Assembly: GCA_036262915.1 (NCBI GenBank)
Contig: DATAHZ010000797.1
Coordinates: 1 to 40,640 of the forward strand
Origin: Kofleriaceae bacterium
GTDB lineage: Bacteria > Myxococcota_A > Polyangia > Haliangiales > Haliangiaceae
Direction of reading: 5' to 3'
DNA: 40,640 nt
The notes under the pieces were generated by a model. It did not search any database, was not told where the DNA came from, and was given only the letters and a program-made list of their open reading frames with translations. Both the position numbers and the translations under genes were made by a program. Positions 1 through 7,578 of this stretch are shown in pieces (position 1 is the stretch's first letter; the number at the start of each line of letters is the position of its first letter).

Positions 1-266
1 TTCGCCTTGACGAACGTCGCGAACCGCTCCGACAGCGCCTCGAGATCAGCCGAGGTACGCTTGGCGCCGCGGCCCCCACGGGGCCGGCCGACCCGTCCAA
101 AGTTCTCGGTTGCGATCGCGGCCGTGACGGCCGGGGCTCCACCACGACCGGCGCGACCGCCGAACGCCGACTCCAGCGTGTCGATGGCCGCGCGACGTGC
201 GAGCTCGGTGATTTGTGCAACGAAACCCTGCACCACACGATTCATCTCATTCTGGAAATCACTCAT
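1..266 (-). CDS. Hypothetical protein with an AT-hook-like GRPRGGRG segment. Only the N-terminal part is in the window; the gene runs off the left edge.
   Basis: ATG at 266-264 has GAGGA about 7 nt upstream. The frame stays open to position 1, so it is absent from the ORF track (no stop in window). Translation: MSDFQNEMNRVVQGFVAQITELARRAAIDTLESAFGGRAGRGGAPAVTAAIATENFGRVGRPRGGRGAKRTSADLEALSERFATFVKA. Third-position G/C bias is strong, as in the neighbouring genes. Confidence 0.5.
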   Translation of the reverse strand, partial: MSDFQNEMNRVVQGFVAQITELARRAAIDTLESAFGGRAGRGGAPAVTAAIATENFGRVGRPRGGRGAKRTSADLEALSERFATFVKA

Positions 267-930
267 TCGGTGTCCTCGTTCGAGAGTAAAGATAGGAGAT
301 CAGATGATCGGCGGCATTCGAGCATAGAAGTGCTCGTTGTACAACATTGGTATGGCAAATCGAGCGTCGTGGCCCCATGATCCCTGCGACATGCTGTCGT
401 TGGTTGCCGAGGGGTAGAGTCACCTGATACAGGACGATCATGCGAGATCGTGAGTCGCGCAGGACCCGCTCGGCAGACCTCTCGGAGGTCCACGTCGATC
501 GGTTCGTGTTGCATTGTGTGTCCCCATGCTCCGGCCCCCCGCCGCGCTGTCCTCGAGGAGCATTTTCTCGACGACGCAGCGAATCACATGACGAAGCGAC
601 GGGCGGCGCCGTGCGCCGGGGCGCCGGTCGGGTGGTGAGGTGATACGCAATGGGCGACGCGCCGGCCCCCCAGTACGGAGTCGGCAGGCGTTGTCAGAAT
701 AGTTTGCCCGCGAACGTAAGTTCTGGCCGATGATCGCGGTGCAGCATCCAGGTGGCTCCTAGGATGAGGATGATTCGGCTCATGATCCTCATCAACTGCG
801 CCAGGTTACAATGGGCTCCGCGGTGGTAGCGTCAGGCACCGGACGTAGGTGTCGCTCGGATGACGTGCGTAAGCGCCCATGGAATCGATGTTCAGTGTGG
901 GTAAGGTGGTCTTGGACAGGTGATTTTCTG

Positions 931-968
931 GGTCCCGAAAATGACGACGGCCCCGAACCCGGGGCCGT
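931..968 (-). terminator. Putative intrinsic terminator downstream of the beta-helix lipoprotein gene
   Basis: GC hairpin: ggccccg (949-955), loop aacc, cggggcc (960-966), extendable to 947-968. On the minus strand it is followed by CGTCATTTTCGGG. It sits about 30 nt after the stop at 996. Confidence 0.45.
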
Positions 969-995
969 GGCGGAGGCGAGGAGGCAGCGGGGAGG

Positions 996-1871
996 CTAGC
1001 GCGGTCCCGTCCCCTTGACCGGATCGGTCGTGGCGGCGGGCAGCCGGGTGGCAGACGGATTGGTGTAGATGAGCGTCGCACCACTACCGGCGGCCGGGGT
1101 TGCCTTGGCGAACCAGCCATAGCTCAGATCTGCTTGTGCGCCGGGCGACGTGTCGACATCGATCTCGTTGCTGAACCAGTTGTTATACGTGAGGTTTACC
1201 CCGGGCCCACCGTAGAGCATGATGCCGTACGATGACGTGCTGATGTTGGAGTGGGTCACACTGATCAACGACCCGTTCGTGGCGCCGAAGTGCATGTCGC
1301 AATGGGTCGTGTCCGTGCCGGCACCTGGCTCGAGGCCGATCGCCGAGTACGAGACGTCGACCGTTCCAGAACCGACCACGAGGAAGTCGCCGGACGCTTG
1401 CGACATCAACGTGTCCGACACGGTGATCTTGCCACCGTTCACCGAGATGCCGCCGCCGACCTGGACGCCGTAGGCCATCTTCAGCTCGCCGTTGGCCGGG
1501 ACGATGAAGCCATAGTGGTGGTCACCGGCAGTCGCCGGGGACAGATGGACGGGCGATCCCTTCTTGCCCTGGACATCCACGATGCCCTCCACGCTGATCC
1601 CGACTCCGGACGCCAACCGCACGGTGGTTCCCTCGGCGATCGTCAGCTTGACGCCGTGACTGACGGTCAACTGCTTGGTGACGTCCATCGTGCCGGTCCA
1701 TGTCGTATCGGCCGTGATGTGGTCGCCGCTGCTGGTGCCGGGACCGGTGCCAGGTCCTGTACCCGGACCCGTGCCTGGTCCCGTGCCGTCATCGCCGGGG
1801 CCGGGGGTATCGGATCCGACGACGCAGGCCACCAGGGGCAAGGACAGGGCAAGGGTAAGCAGCTTGTTCAT
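996..1871 (-). CDS. Lipoprotein with a (GPGT)n linker and a probable right-handed beta-helix domain
   Basis: Derived from ORF 996..1910(-). I moved the start to ATG 1871, which gives MNKLLTLALSLPLVAC (signal peptide plus lipobox L-V-A-C). The sequence is Gly/Val/Ser-rich and repetitive (GVKLTIAEGTTVRL, GISVEGIVDV, GGISVNGGKITV, GSGTVDVSYS), which is consistent with a parallel beta-helix. Confidence 0.75.
   Translation of the reverse strand: MNKLLTLALSLPLVACVVGSDTPGPGDDGTGPGTGPGTGPGTGPGTSSGDHITADTTWTGTMDVTKQLTVSHGVKLTIAEGTTVRLASGVGISVEGIVDVQGKKGSPVHLSPATAGDHHYGFIVPANGELKMAYGVQVGGGISVNGGKITVSDTLMSQASGDFLVVGSGTVDVSYSAIGLEPGAGTDTTHCDMHFGATNGSLISVTHSNISTSSYGIMLYGGPGVNLTYNNWFSNEIDVDTSPGAQADLSYGWFAKATPAAGSGATLIYTNPSATRLPAATTDPVKGTGPR
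1734..1790 (-). repeat. In-frame tandem 12-nt repeat encoding GTGPGTGPGTGPGTGPGT
   Basis: Plus strand reads ggtgccgggaccggtgccaggtcctgtacccggacccgtgcctggtcccgtgcc, which translates as a (GPGT)n linker directly after the lipobox cysteine. Confidence 0.8.
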
Positions 1872-2070
1872 GACAGCGATGCTAAAGCAACGTGCGTGCC
1901 GCTGGCGCACCCGGTTCGACGTTCGTTGACTGCAAGATCATTGAGATCACGTTTGGTAGGAACCCCACCTCCGGGGTGGGATCGGGGGGAGCGGCCCCAT
2001 GTCTGGCGACTCGGACCACCGATCGAGCCGGCCTCCCGAATCGACCGGTGGCGCATGGTATAGGCAAACC

Positions 2071-2346
2071 ATGGGGCGCGACCAGGACATCCAGGCGATC
2101 GTCGAGGTCGGCCGGCGGACCCGGATGCCGACCCCACGCTGGGTGTGGATCGTGGCCGCCGTGGTCGGTACGATCTGCGTGACATGCTTCATGGCCATGA
2201 TGCTCGGGGACCAGGCGCCGCCGAGTCATCCGGTGGAGCAAAGACCCGCTGCGAGCGCTGGACTCGGGGTCGGGCTCGTGATCGGCGTCGGTGTTGGCGT
2301 CGTGATCGGGTTTGCGATAGGGCGTCAGCGCCGCAGCCACTCGTGA
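2071..2346 (+). CDS. Small membrane protein (about 91 aa, two hydrophobic segments)
   Basis: Derived from ORF 1999..2346(+). High third-position GC begins at ATG 2071 (MGRDQDIQAIVEVGRR...). Hydrophobic segments are WVWIVAAVVGTICVTCFMAMML and GLGVGLVIGVGVGVVIGFAIG. The 3' end overlaps the convergent GNAT gene by 22 nt. Confidence 0.45.
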   Translation: MGRDQDIQAIVEVGRRTRMPTPRWVWIVAAVVGTICVTCFMAMMLGDQAPPSHPVEQRPAASAGLGVGLVIGVGVGVVIGFAIGRQRRSHS

Positions 2347-2900
2347 CGCAAGAGTCCGTAGAGCACCACGTCGTGGAGTCGTCGCGCCTTGCTGATGTGC
2401 TGGCGCTTGACGCCTTCGTTCACCATCCCGAGCTTGTCGAGCACGCGCAGCGATGCGCGGTTGCCGGCGAGGACCTGGGCGTAGATCCGTGCGAGGCCGA
2501 GCTCGCGAAACCCGAAATCCACCGCTGCTTGTGCCGCCTCGGTGGCGAAGCCATGCCCCCACGCAGGTTGGGCGAGCCAGTAGCCGAGCTCGGCGCGGTG
2601 ATCGCGGATGTAGCATCGCAGGCTCACGGTGCCGATCAGCATGTCGGGGTCGTCGGGCAACGTCACCGCGAGCGTGACCCCGCGTCCCAGGTCCCACCAC
2701 TCGATCCGGTGGCTCACCCAGCGCCGGGCGAGCGAGATCGGGTAGGGCGATGGCACCTGGATCAAGTACTGGGCGACGCGCTTATCGCCGGCGCCGGCCG
2801 CGACGGCTGGGGCGTCGGTCACGCGCAGCTCGCGTAGCACCAGCCGCTGGGTGATGAGATCGGGGGGCCTGGCAGAGAAGGGCAGGGGGCTTGGGTGCAT
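2325..2900 (-). CDS. GNAT family N-acetyltransferase (RimJ/RimL-like)
   Basis: Derived from ORF 2325..2999(-). Start chosen at ATG 2900 (MHPSPLPFSARPP...). GNAT core reads IGTVSLRCYIRDHRAELGYWLAQPAWGHGFATEAAQAAVDFGFRELGLARIYAQVLAGNRASLRVLDKLGM. Confidence 0.85.
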   Translation of the reverse strand: MHPSPLPFSARPPDLITQRLVLRELRVTDAPAVAAGAGDKRVAQYLIQVPSPYPISLARRWVSHRIEWWDLGRGVTLAVTLPDDPDMLIGTVSLRCYIRDHRAELGYWLAQPAWGHGFATEAAQAAVDFGFRELGLARIYAQVLAGNRASLRVLDKLGMVNEGVKRQHISKARRLHDVVLYGLLRHEWLRR

Positions 2901-2978
2901 CACGGGGCCAATAAACTCGTAGCGATCACGAGGAAAGTCGCATTGTACGAGATATGTTCCTTGGCGACTGCCCAAAAG

Positions 2979-5735
2979 ATGCCCGGTCCTCGGCCCCATG
3001 CCTATGCTCTCGCCGCTGCAGCACTCGCCACGCTAGGGCGGAGTGCCGTGGCGATGGCTACCGTGCACGACGTTCATACGCATCGCTTCGAGAACGGGTT
3101 GACGCTTCACGTCGCGTCTGGCCATCCGGTGCCAGTGGCCGCGGTGCAGGCATGGGTGGGGGTGGGCTCGGCCGATGAGGTGGCGCAGGAGGCGGGCGTC
3201 GCGCACATCGTCGAGCACATGCTGTTCAAGGGCTCGGCGGGGTACGAGCTGGGCGAACTGGTGCGCGCGATCGAGCACGGCGGCGGCGAGATCAATGCGT
3301 GGACCGCGCTCGACCACACGGTCTATCACGCGGTGCTGGGCCGCGATCACCTCGACGCCGCGATCCACGCCCTTGGCGATGCGCTGGTCGAGCCACGGGT
3401 CGACCCCGAGGAGCTCGCGCGCGAACGCGAGGTGATCCTCGAAGAGATCCGGCAGGGGGGCGACGATCCGGCGCGCAGCGTTGCCCAGAGCTTGTTCGCG
3501 ACCGCGTTTGTCACGCACCCGTACCGCCGGCCGGTGATCGGGACCGCCGAGAGCGTCGCGCGGATCGGCGAGCGCGAGATCGTCGAGTTCTTTCGTCGCT
3601 ATTACGTCGCCGATAACCTGACGCTGGTGGTCGCCGGCGATGTCGATCCGGCGCGCGTGCAACGCAGCGTCGAGCGGCGGTTTCGCACCATGCCGTCCGG
3701 CCGTCCGGTCCGCCGTGCCTGGGTCGAGCCACCGCAGCACGGTCCGCGCGCGGCCTGCGCCCATCGCGATGTCAGCGAAGCGTACCTCGCGATCGGGTTT
3801 CATGTTCCGGCCATGCGGCACCCCGACGTGGCACCGCTCGACGTCGCGGCGATCTTGCTCGGCCAGAGCGAGTCGGCCAGGCTGCCGCGGGTGCTGCGCG
3901 ATCGCGATCAGCTGGTGACCTCCGCCTATGCCAATCTCCACGCGCTGCGCGACCCCGGGCTCCTGGTGCTGTCGGCCACCGCGCGGCCGGGCGACGCGCC
4001 CCGGAGCATTGCCGCGCTCATCGATCGCAGCGTATCGCTGTGCGAGGAGCTATCGTCCGGAGAGCTCGAGAAGGCGCGGATTTCCGTCGAGAGCGCGTTC
4101 GTTCGCCAGCTCGAGACCGCGCAGGGCCGCGCGCGCTCGCTCGGCTGGCACGCGACGGTCGCCGGTGATCCGCAGTTCGGTCACGTTTACCTCGATCGGA
4201 TCCGCGCGGTCCGCCGGCACGATATCGCGCACGTGATGCGGCGCTACCTGCGACCTGACAACACCAGCGTCGCGGCGATCTTGCCGGTCGCCGCGCGACC
4301 CACGCCGCGGCGCACCGCGTGGGCCAAGCAGGCGGAGGCCCGGGTTCGCCAGGCGCTCGCCCCCACCAGCCAGCCGGCGGCCCCGATCGAGAAGCGGGTC
4401 GTCCTGGCGAGCGGGCTCGTGCTGCTCGTGCGGCGTGATCCGTCGGTGCCGATCGTCGCGATCCGCGCGGTGTGGCGTGGCGGCCAGCGGATCGAGGACG
4501 CCGATCATGCCGGAGCGTCGAGCCTACTCGCCCGCATGCTGACCCGCGGGTGCAAGGCGCGCGATGCCCAGGCGGTCGCCGACCAGATCGATCGGCTGGG
4601 TGGGTCGCTTGCCGGGGTCACGGGCCGGAACAGCTTCGGCGTCGCCGCCGAATGGCTCGCTTCGACATGGCAGGCCGGCTTTGCGCTGCTGGCCGATTGT
4701 ATCCTCGAGCCTACCCTGCCGAGCGCCGAGCTCGTACGCGAGCGCCGGCTCTTGCTCGACGATCAGCTGGCGCAGAGCGGAAGCCCGGGCCAGGTGGCCT
4801 TCCGGCTGTTCAGCGAGGCGCTCTACGGGGCGCACCCTTATGCGCGCGACGTGCTCGGCACCGCCGATGCGGTCGGCAGGCTGTCGCGCGCCGAGCTAGC
4901 CGCGTTCTATCGCGCGCGCTATCCGGCGTCGGCGATGACCCTCGCGATCGTCGGGGATGTCGAGCTCGACGAGGTGATCGACCTGGTCTCACAGCGGTTC
5001 GGTGGCGTGGTTCGCCCGGACGCGCCCCCCGGCGAGCCGGTGATCGCGGCGATCCCGCTGGGGGAACGGAGCGAGCAAGCCCGCGAGGTCTACCGGTATC
5101 TCGATCGCACACAGGCGCACCTCGTGATCGGGTTTCCGGGCGCGACGGTCGATGCCGCCGATCGGTTCGCGCTCGAGGTGCTCGTCGCGATCCTCGGCGG
5201 TCAGAGCGGCCGGTTGTTCGCCGAGCTCAGGGATCGCCGGGCGCTGGTCTACCGGGTCTCCGCGCACTCGGTCGAGGGCATCGATCCTGGGTTTGTGGCG
5301 ATCTACCTGTCCTGCGCGCCCGAGAAGCTCGCGGCCGCCGTCGCCGGCGTGCGAGACGAGCTCGCGCGGCTCAGGCGCGAGGGGGTCACCGCCGCCGAGG
5401 TCGAGCGCGCGCAGCGCTACCTGATCGGCAGCCACCAGATCGCGATGCAGCGCCGCGCGGCGGTCGCCAATGCGATGGCCTACCACGAGGCCTATGGGCT
5501 CGGCTGGCAGCGCTGGACCGGCTACGACGCCGCGATCCGCGCGGTGGCGCCGGCCGAGGTCGCCGCCGCGGCGGCCACGTACCTGCGTGAAGATCGTGCG
5601 ATCACGGCGACGGTTTTGCCGCCCGCCGCGACCCCGGCCGCGACCAAGCGATCGAAGCTACCGGGCCCGACCCGGACGAATCGATTCCGGCCGCCCGCGA
5701 GCCACCCACCTCCCCGACCGCGCGGTACTGTGTGA
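2979..5735 (+). CDS. Fused double-unit M16 (pitrilysin/insulinase) family zinc peptidase
   Basis: Inverted zinc motif HxxEH is present (HIVEHMLFKGS), followed by REREVILEEIR. A second M16-like half starts around residue 480. ATG 2979 gives a signal-peptide-like MPGPRPHAYALAAAALATLGRSAVA/MA. ATG 3054 is an alternative start. The 2895 start in the ORF track lies in lower-GC, promoter-like DNA. Confidence 0.85.
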   Translation: MPGPRPHAYALAAAALATLGRSAVAMATVHDVHTHRFENGLTLHVASGHPVPVAAVQAWVGVGSADEVAQEAGVAHIVEHMLFKGSAGYELGELVRAIEHGGGEINAWTALDHTVYHAVLGRDHLDAAIHALGDALVEPRVDPEELAREREVILEEIRQGGDDPARSVAQSLFATAFVTHPYRRPVIGTAESVARIGEREIVEFFRRYYVADNLTLVVAGDVDPARVQRSVERRFRTMPSGRPVRRAWVEPPQHGPRAACAHRDVSEAYLAIGFHVPAMRHPDVAPLDVAAILLGQSESARLPRVLRDRDQLVTSAYANLHALRDPGLLVLSATARPGDAPRSIAALIDRSVSLCEELSSGELEKARISVESAFVRQLETAQGRARSLGWHATVAGDPQFGHVYLDRIRAVRRHDIAHVMRRYLRPDNTSVAAILPVAARPTPRRTAWAKQAEARVRQALAPTSQPAAPIEKRVVLASGLVLLVRRDPSVPIVAIRAVWRGGQRIEDADHAGASSLLARMLTRGCKARDAQAVADQIDRLGGSLAGVTGRNSFGVAAEWLASTWQAGFALLADCILEPTLPSAELVRERRLLLDDQLAQSGSPGQVAFRLFSEALYGAHPYARDVLGTADAVGRLSRAELAAFYRARYPASAMTLAIVGDVELDEVIDLVSQRFGGVVRPDAPPGEPVIAAIPLGERSEQAREVYRYLDRTQAHLVIGFPGATVDAADRFALEVLVAILGGQSGRLFAELRDRRALVYRVSAHSVEGIDPGFVAIYLSCAPEKLAAAVAGVRDELARLRREGVTAAEVERAQRYLIGSHQIAMQRRAAVANAMAYHEAYGLGWQRWTGYDAAIRAVAPAEVAAAAATYLREDRAITATVLPPAATPAATKRSKLPGPTRTNRFRPPASHPPPRPRGTV

Positions 5736-6400
5736 AGCGAGCGGCTATCTACACCGGACACGGTGACCTCGGGGCGAGCTTCGTCCTGATCTTTCCGTTG
5801 CTGCTCGCCTACGAGATCGGCGTGCTGTTCGCCGGCCGGATCAACGGTGCCGATCTCGTGACCCGCGCCGTGTTCGCCGCCGTGGGATCGCGCGCCGCGT
5901 ACCTGGGATTCTATGCCCTGGTCGCGGTCGGGTTTCTGCTCTGGATCCGGCACACCCGGCGGTGGGGGACGCTACGGCTCGAACTTGCTCTCCCGGTGAT
6001 CCTCGAAGCCGCGCTCTACGCGCTCACGCTGGGTGCGCTGGTTTCTCTGATCGTCGATCGGTTGCTCGGGCTTGGCCTGACTTTGCCATCGATGATCTCG
6101 GCGCTGGGTGCCGGTGTCCACGAAGAGCTCGTGTTCCGGCTCGCGCTGATCGCCGGCCTCATCGCGCTGCTCGGGTCACTCGGGGATCGGCTCGCGGCCG
6201 TGCTCGCGGTCGCCGCGTCCTCGGTCCTGTTCGCCGCGGCTCACCACCTCGGTGGGCACGGCGAGCCCTGGACGGTCCACGCGTTCGCGTTTCGCTCGGT
6301 CGCGGGGGTCGTGTTCGGCGCGATCTTCTGGTTTCGCTCGCTCGCGCACGCGGTGTACGCACACGTGCTCTACGATGTCCTGGTCGCCGCGACGGGGTGA
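5732..6400 (+). CDS. CPBP family intramembrane glutamic endopeptidase (CAAX protease / Abi-like)
   Basis: All three CPBP motifs are present: HEELVFRL (EExxxR), FAAAHH (FxxxH) and HVLYD (HxxxD/N). The protein is multi-pass and hydrophobic. The GTG start at 5732 overlaps the M16 stop (GTGA), which implies translational coupling. Confidence 0.85.
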   Translation: MKRAAIYTGHGDLGASFVLIFPLLLAYEIGVLFAGRINGADLVTRAVFAAVGSRAAYLGFYALVAVGFLLWIRHTRRWGTLRLELALPVILEAALYALTLGALVSLIVDRLLGLGLTLPSMISALGAGVHEELVFRLALIAGLIALLGSLGDRLAAVLAVAASSVLFAAAHHLGGHGEPWTVHAFAFRSVAGVVFGAIFWFRSLAHAVYAHVLYDVLVAATG

Positions 6401-6416
6401 GCAGGTTCCCGGCGAC

Positions 6417-7343
6417 TCAGGCGAGGCCGAGTGATCCCGGTCCGTCGATCTGCATGCTACCCACGAACAGCTCGAACTTGACGCGCTTGATCTGATCAGC
6501 GTTCGCCGTGGCCTGCTGGATCGAGGCCGAGAGCAAGCCGACTTCCTTCAGGTTGATGCGGAAGATCGTGCTGGCGCGATCCGGCGACAGGAATTCGAGC
6601 GAACCGCTCATCTGCGCCGAGGGATCCTTCTTCCCCGAGGTGATGTAGTCGTGGTGCCACTGGAGCAGCTTGTCGGCGTATCCCAAGGAGATCGTGCCGG
6701 TCAGGTTCGGGAACTCGATCTTGGTCGGTTCGACCAGCGGGAACCGGTCCGCCCCCGTATAGAGCTTCTTCACGCCCTGCTTGATGGTGAAGGACTCGAT
6801 CTTGTTCGTGTACTGCATGTTATCGATCTGATCGAGCGTCAGGCGAAACGCCGAGGGCATCCACATCTTCTGCTTGGGGCTATAGTCGCTCGAGAGCGGG
6901 GGGCCGGCAGCGATCTTGGTGACCACGCGCTCCGGCTGAATCTTGCACTTGAGATAGCCGCCCTCCTTGGACGCGCCATCGAGCGCCGGGAAGGTCGTCT
7001 CGGTGATCAGCGCGTCATAGAACTCGTGCTCGAACGTCTGCTTGAGGTTGAAGTCTGCATGGCTGATCTGGCCGTTCCGGCGGGCCCACTGGCGATTCCA
7101 TGACCCCTGGATCCACTCCAGGATATGCGTCGATCCGGACAGGCCGAACTCGAGGGACAAGGGCTCGACCTCGACGGTCGAGAGGTGCTTGATGCGACCG
7201 CTGTTGCCCCCGATCGGATCGTCGACGATGTTGGCTTTCGCCCATCCACCGTCGACCGACTTCAAGAATGTCGTGGTTTTGTGACCATCGATGACCAGCT
7301 CAAAATGGCCTGCCGTGTAGCTCTTGCTTTGGGTGACGGTCAT
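6417..7343 (-). CDS. Two-domain phage-tail-tube-like protein (T4 gp19 / contractile-injection-system tube family, tentative)
   Basis: N-terminus SYTAGHFELVIDGHKTTTFLKSVDGG matches the F-x-[LV]-x-[IV]-[DE]-G...F-x-x-V-x-G opening seen in tube proteins. A second, similar half begins at SAFRLTLDQIDNMQYTNKIESFTIKQG. GAGG lies 8 nt upstream of ATG 7343. GC is clearly lower than in the flanks. Confidence 0.6.
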   Translation of the reverse strand: MTVTQSKSYTAGHFELVIDGHKTTTFLKSVDGGWAKANIVDDPIGGNSGRIKHLSTVEVEPLSLEFGLSGSTHILEWIQGSWNRQWARRNGQISHADFNLKQTFEHEFYDALITETTFPALDGASKEGGYLKCKIQPERVVTKIAAGPPLSSDYSPKQKMWMPSAFRLTLDQIDNMQYTNKIESFTIKQGVKKLYTGADRFPLVEPTKIEFPNLTGTISLGYADKLLQWHHDYITSGKKDPSAQMSGSLEFLSPDRASTIFRINLKEVGLLSASIQQATANADQIKRVKFELFVGSMQIDGPGSLGLA

Positions 7344-7578
7344 GATGCGAGCCTCAGCTTAACGCAATCCCTTGTACGACGGCCGTCGCACTGGGATCCC
7401 TTGGGATGAGGCCAGAAGCCCCAGGTGGTCACGCACAGCTTTCCCCGCCGTGCGGGCTGTGATGCCTAAGCCAGAGGAACCCTTACGTATTAGGGAACAC
7501 CCCGGAGAGGCTGGCGCGCGATTCAGTGCGAACTCCTGCGTGCAGCTGTCGGCACGAGGCTTGTAGAATGAAGCCTCC

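Noticed and set aside
440-650. Small ORFs (60-83 aa) on both strands in the 267-995 gap
   Set aside because: They have mutually overlapping frames, patchy third-position GC, no start context and no motifs. I do not consider any of them supportable as a gene.
7344-7578. Sigma-54 (TGGCAC-N5-TTGC) promoter or a c-di-GMP riboswitch in the divergent spacer
   Set aside because: Manual inspection of both strands found only partial matches with wrong spacing (for example TGGCGCGCGATTCAG and GGGATTGCG). I saw none of the conserved GEMM riboswitch sequence blocks that I can recall.
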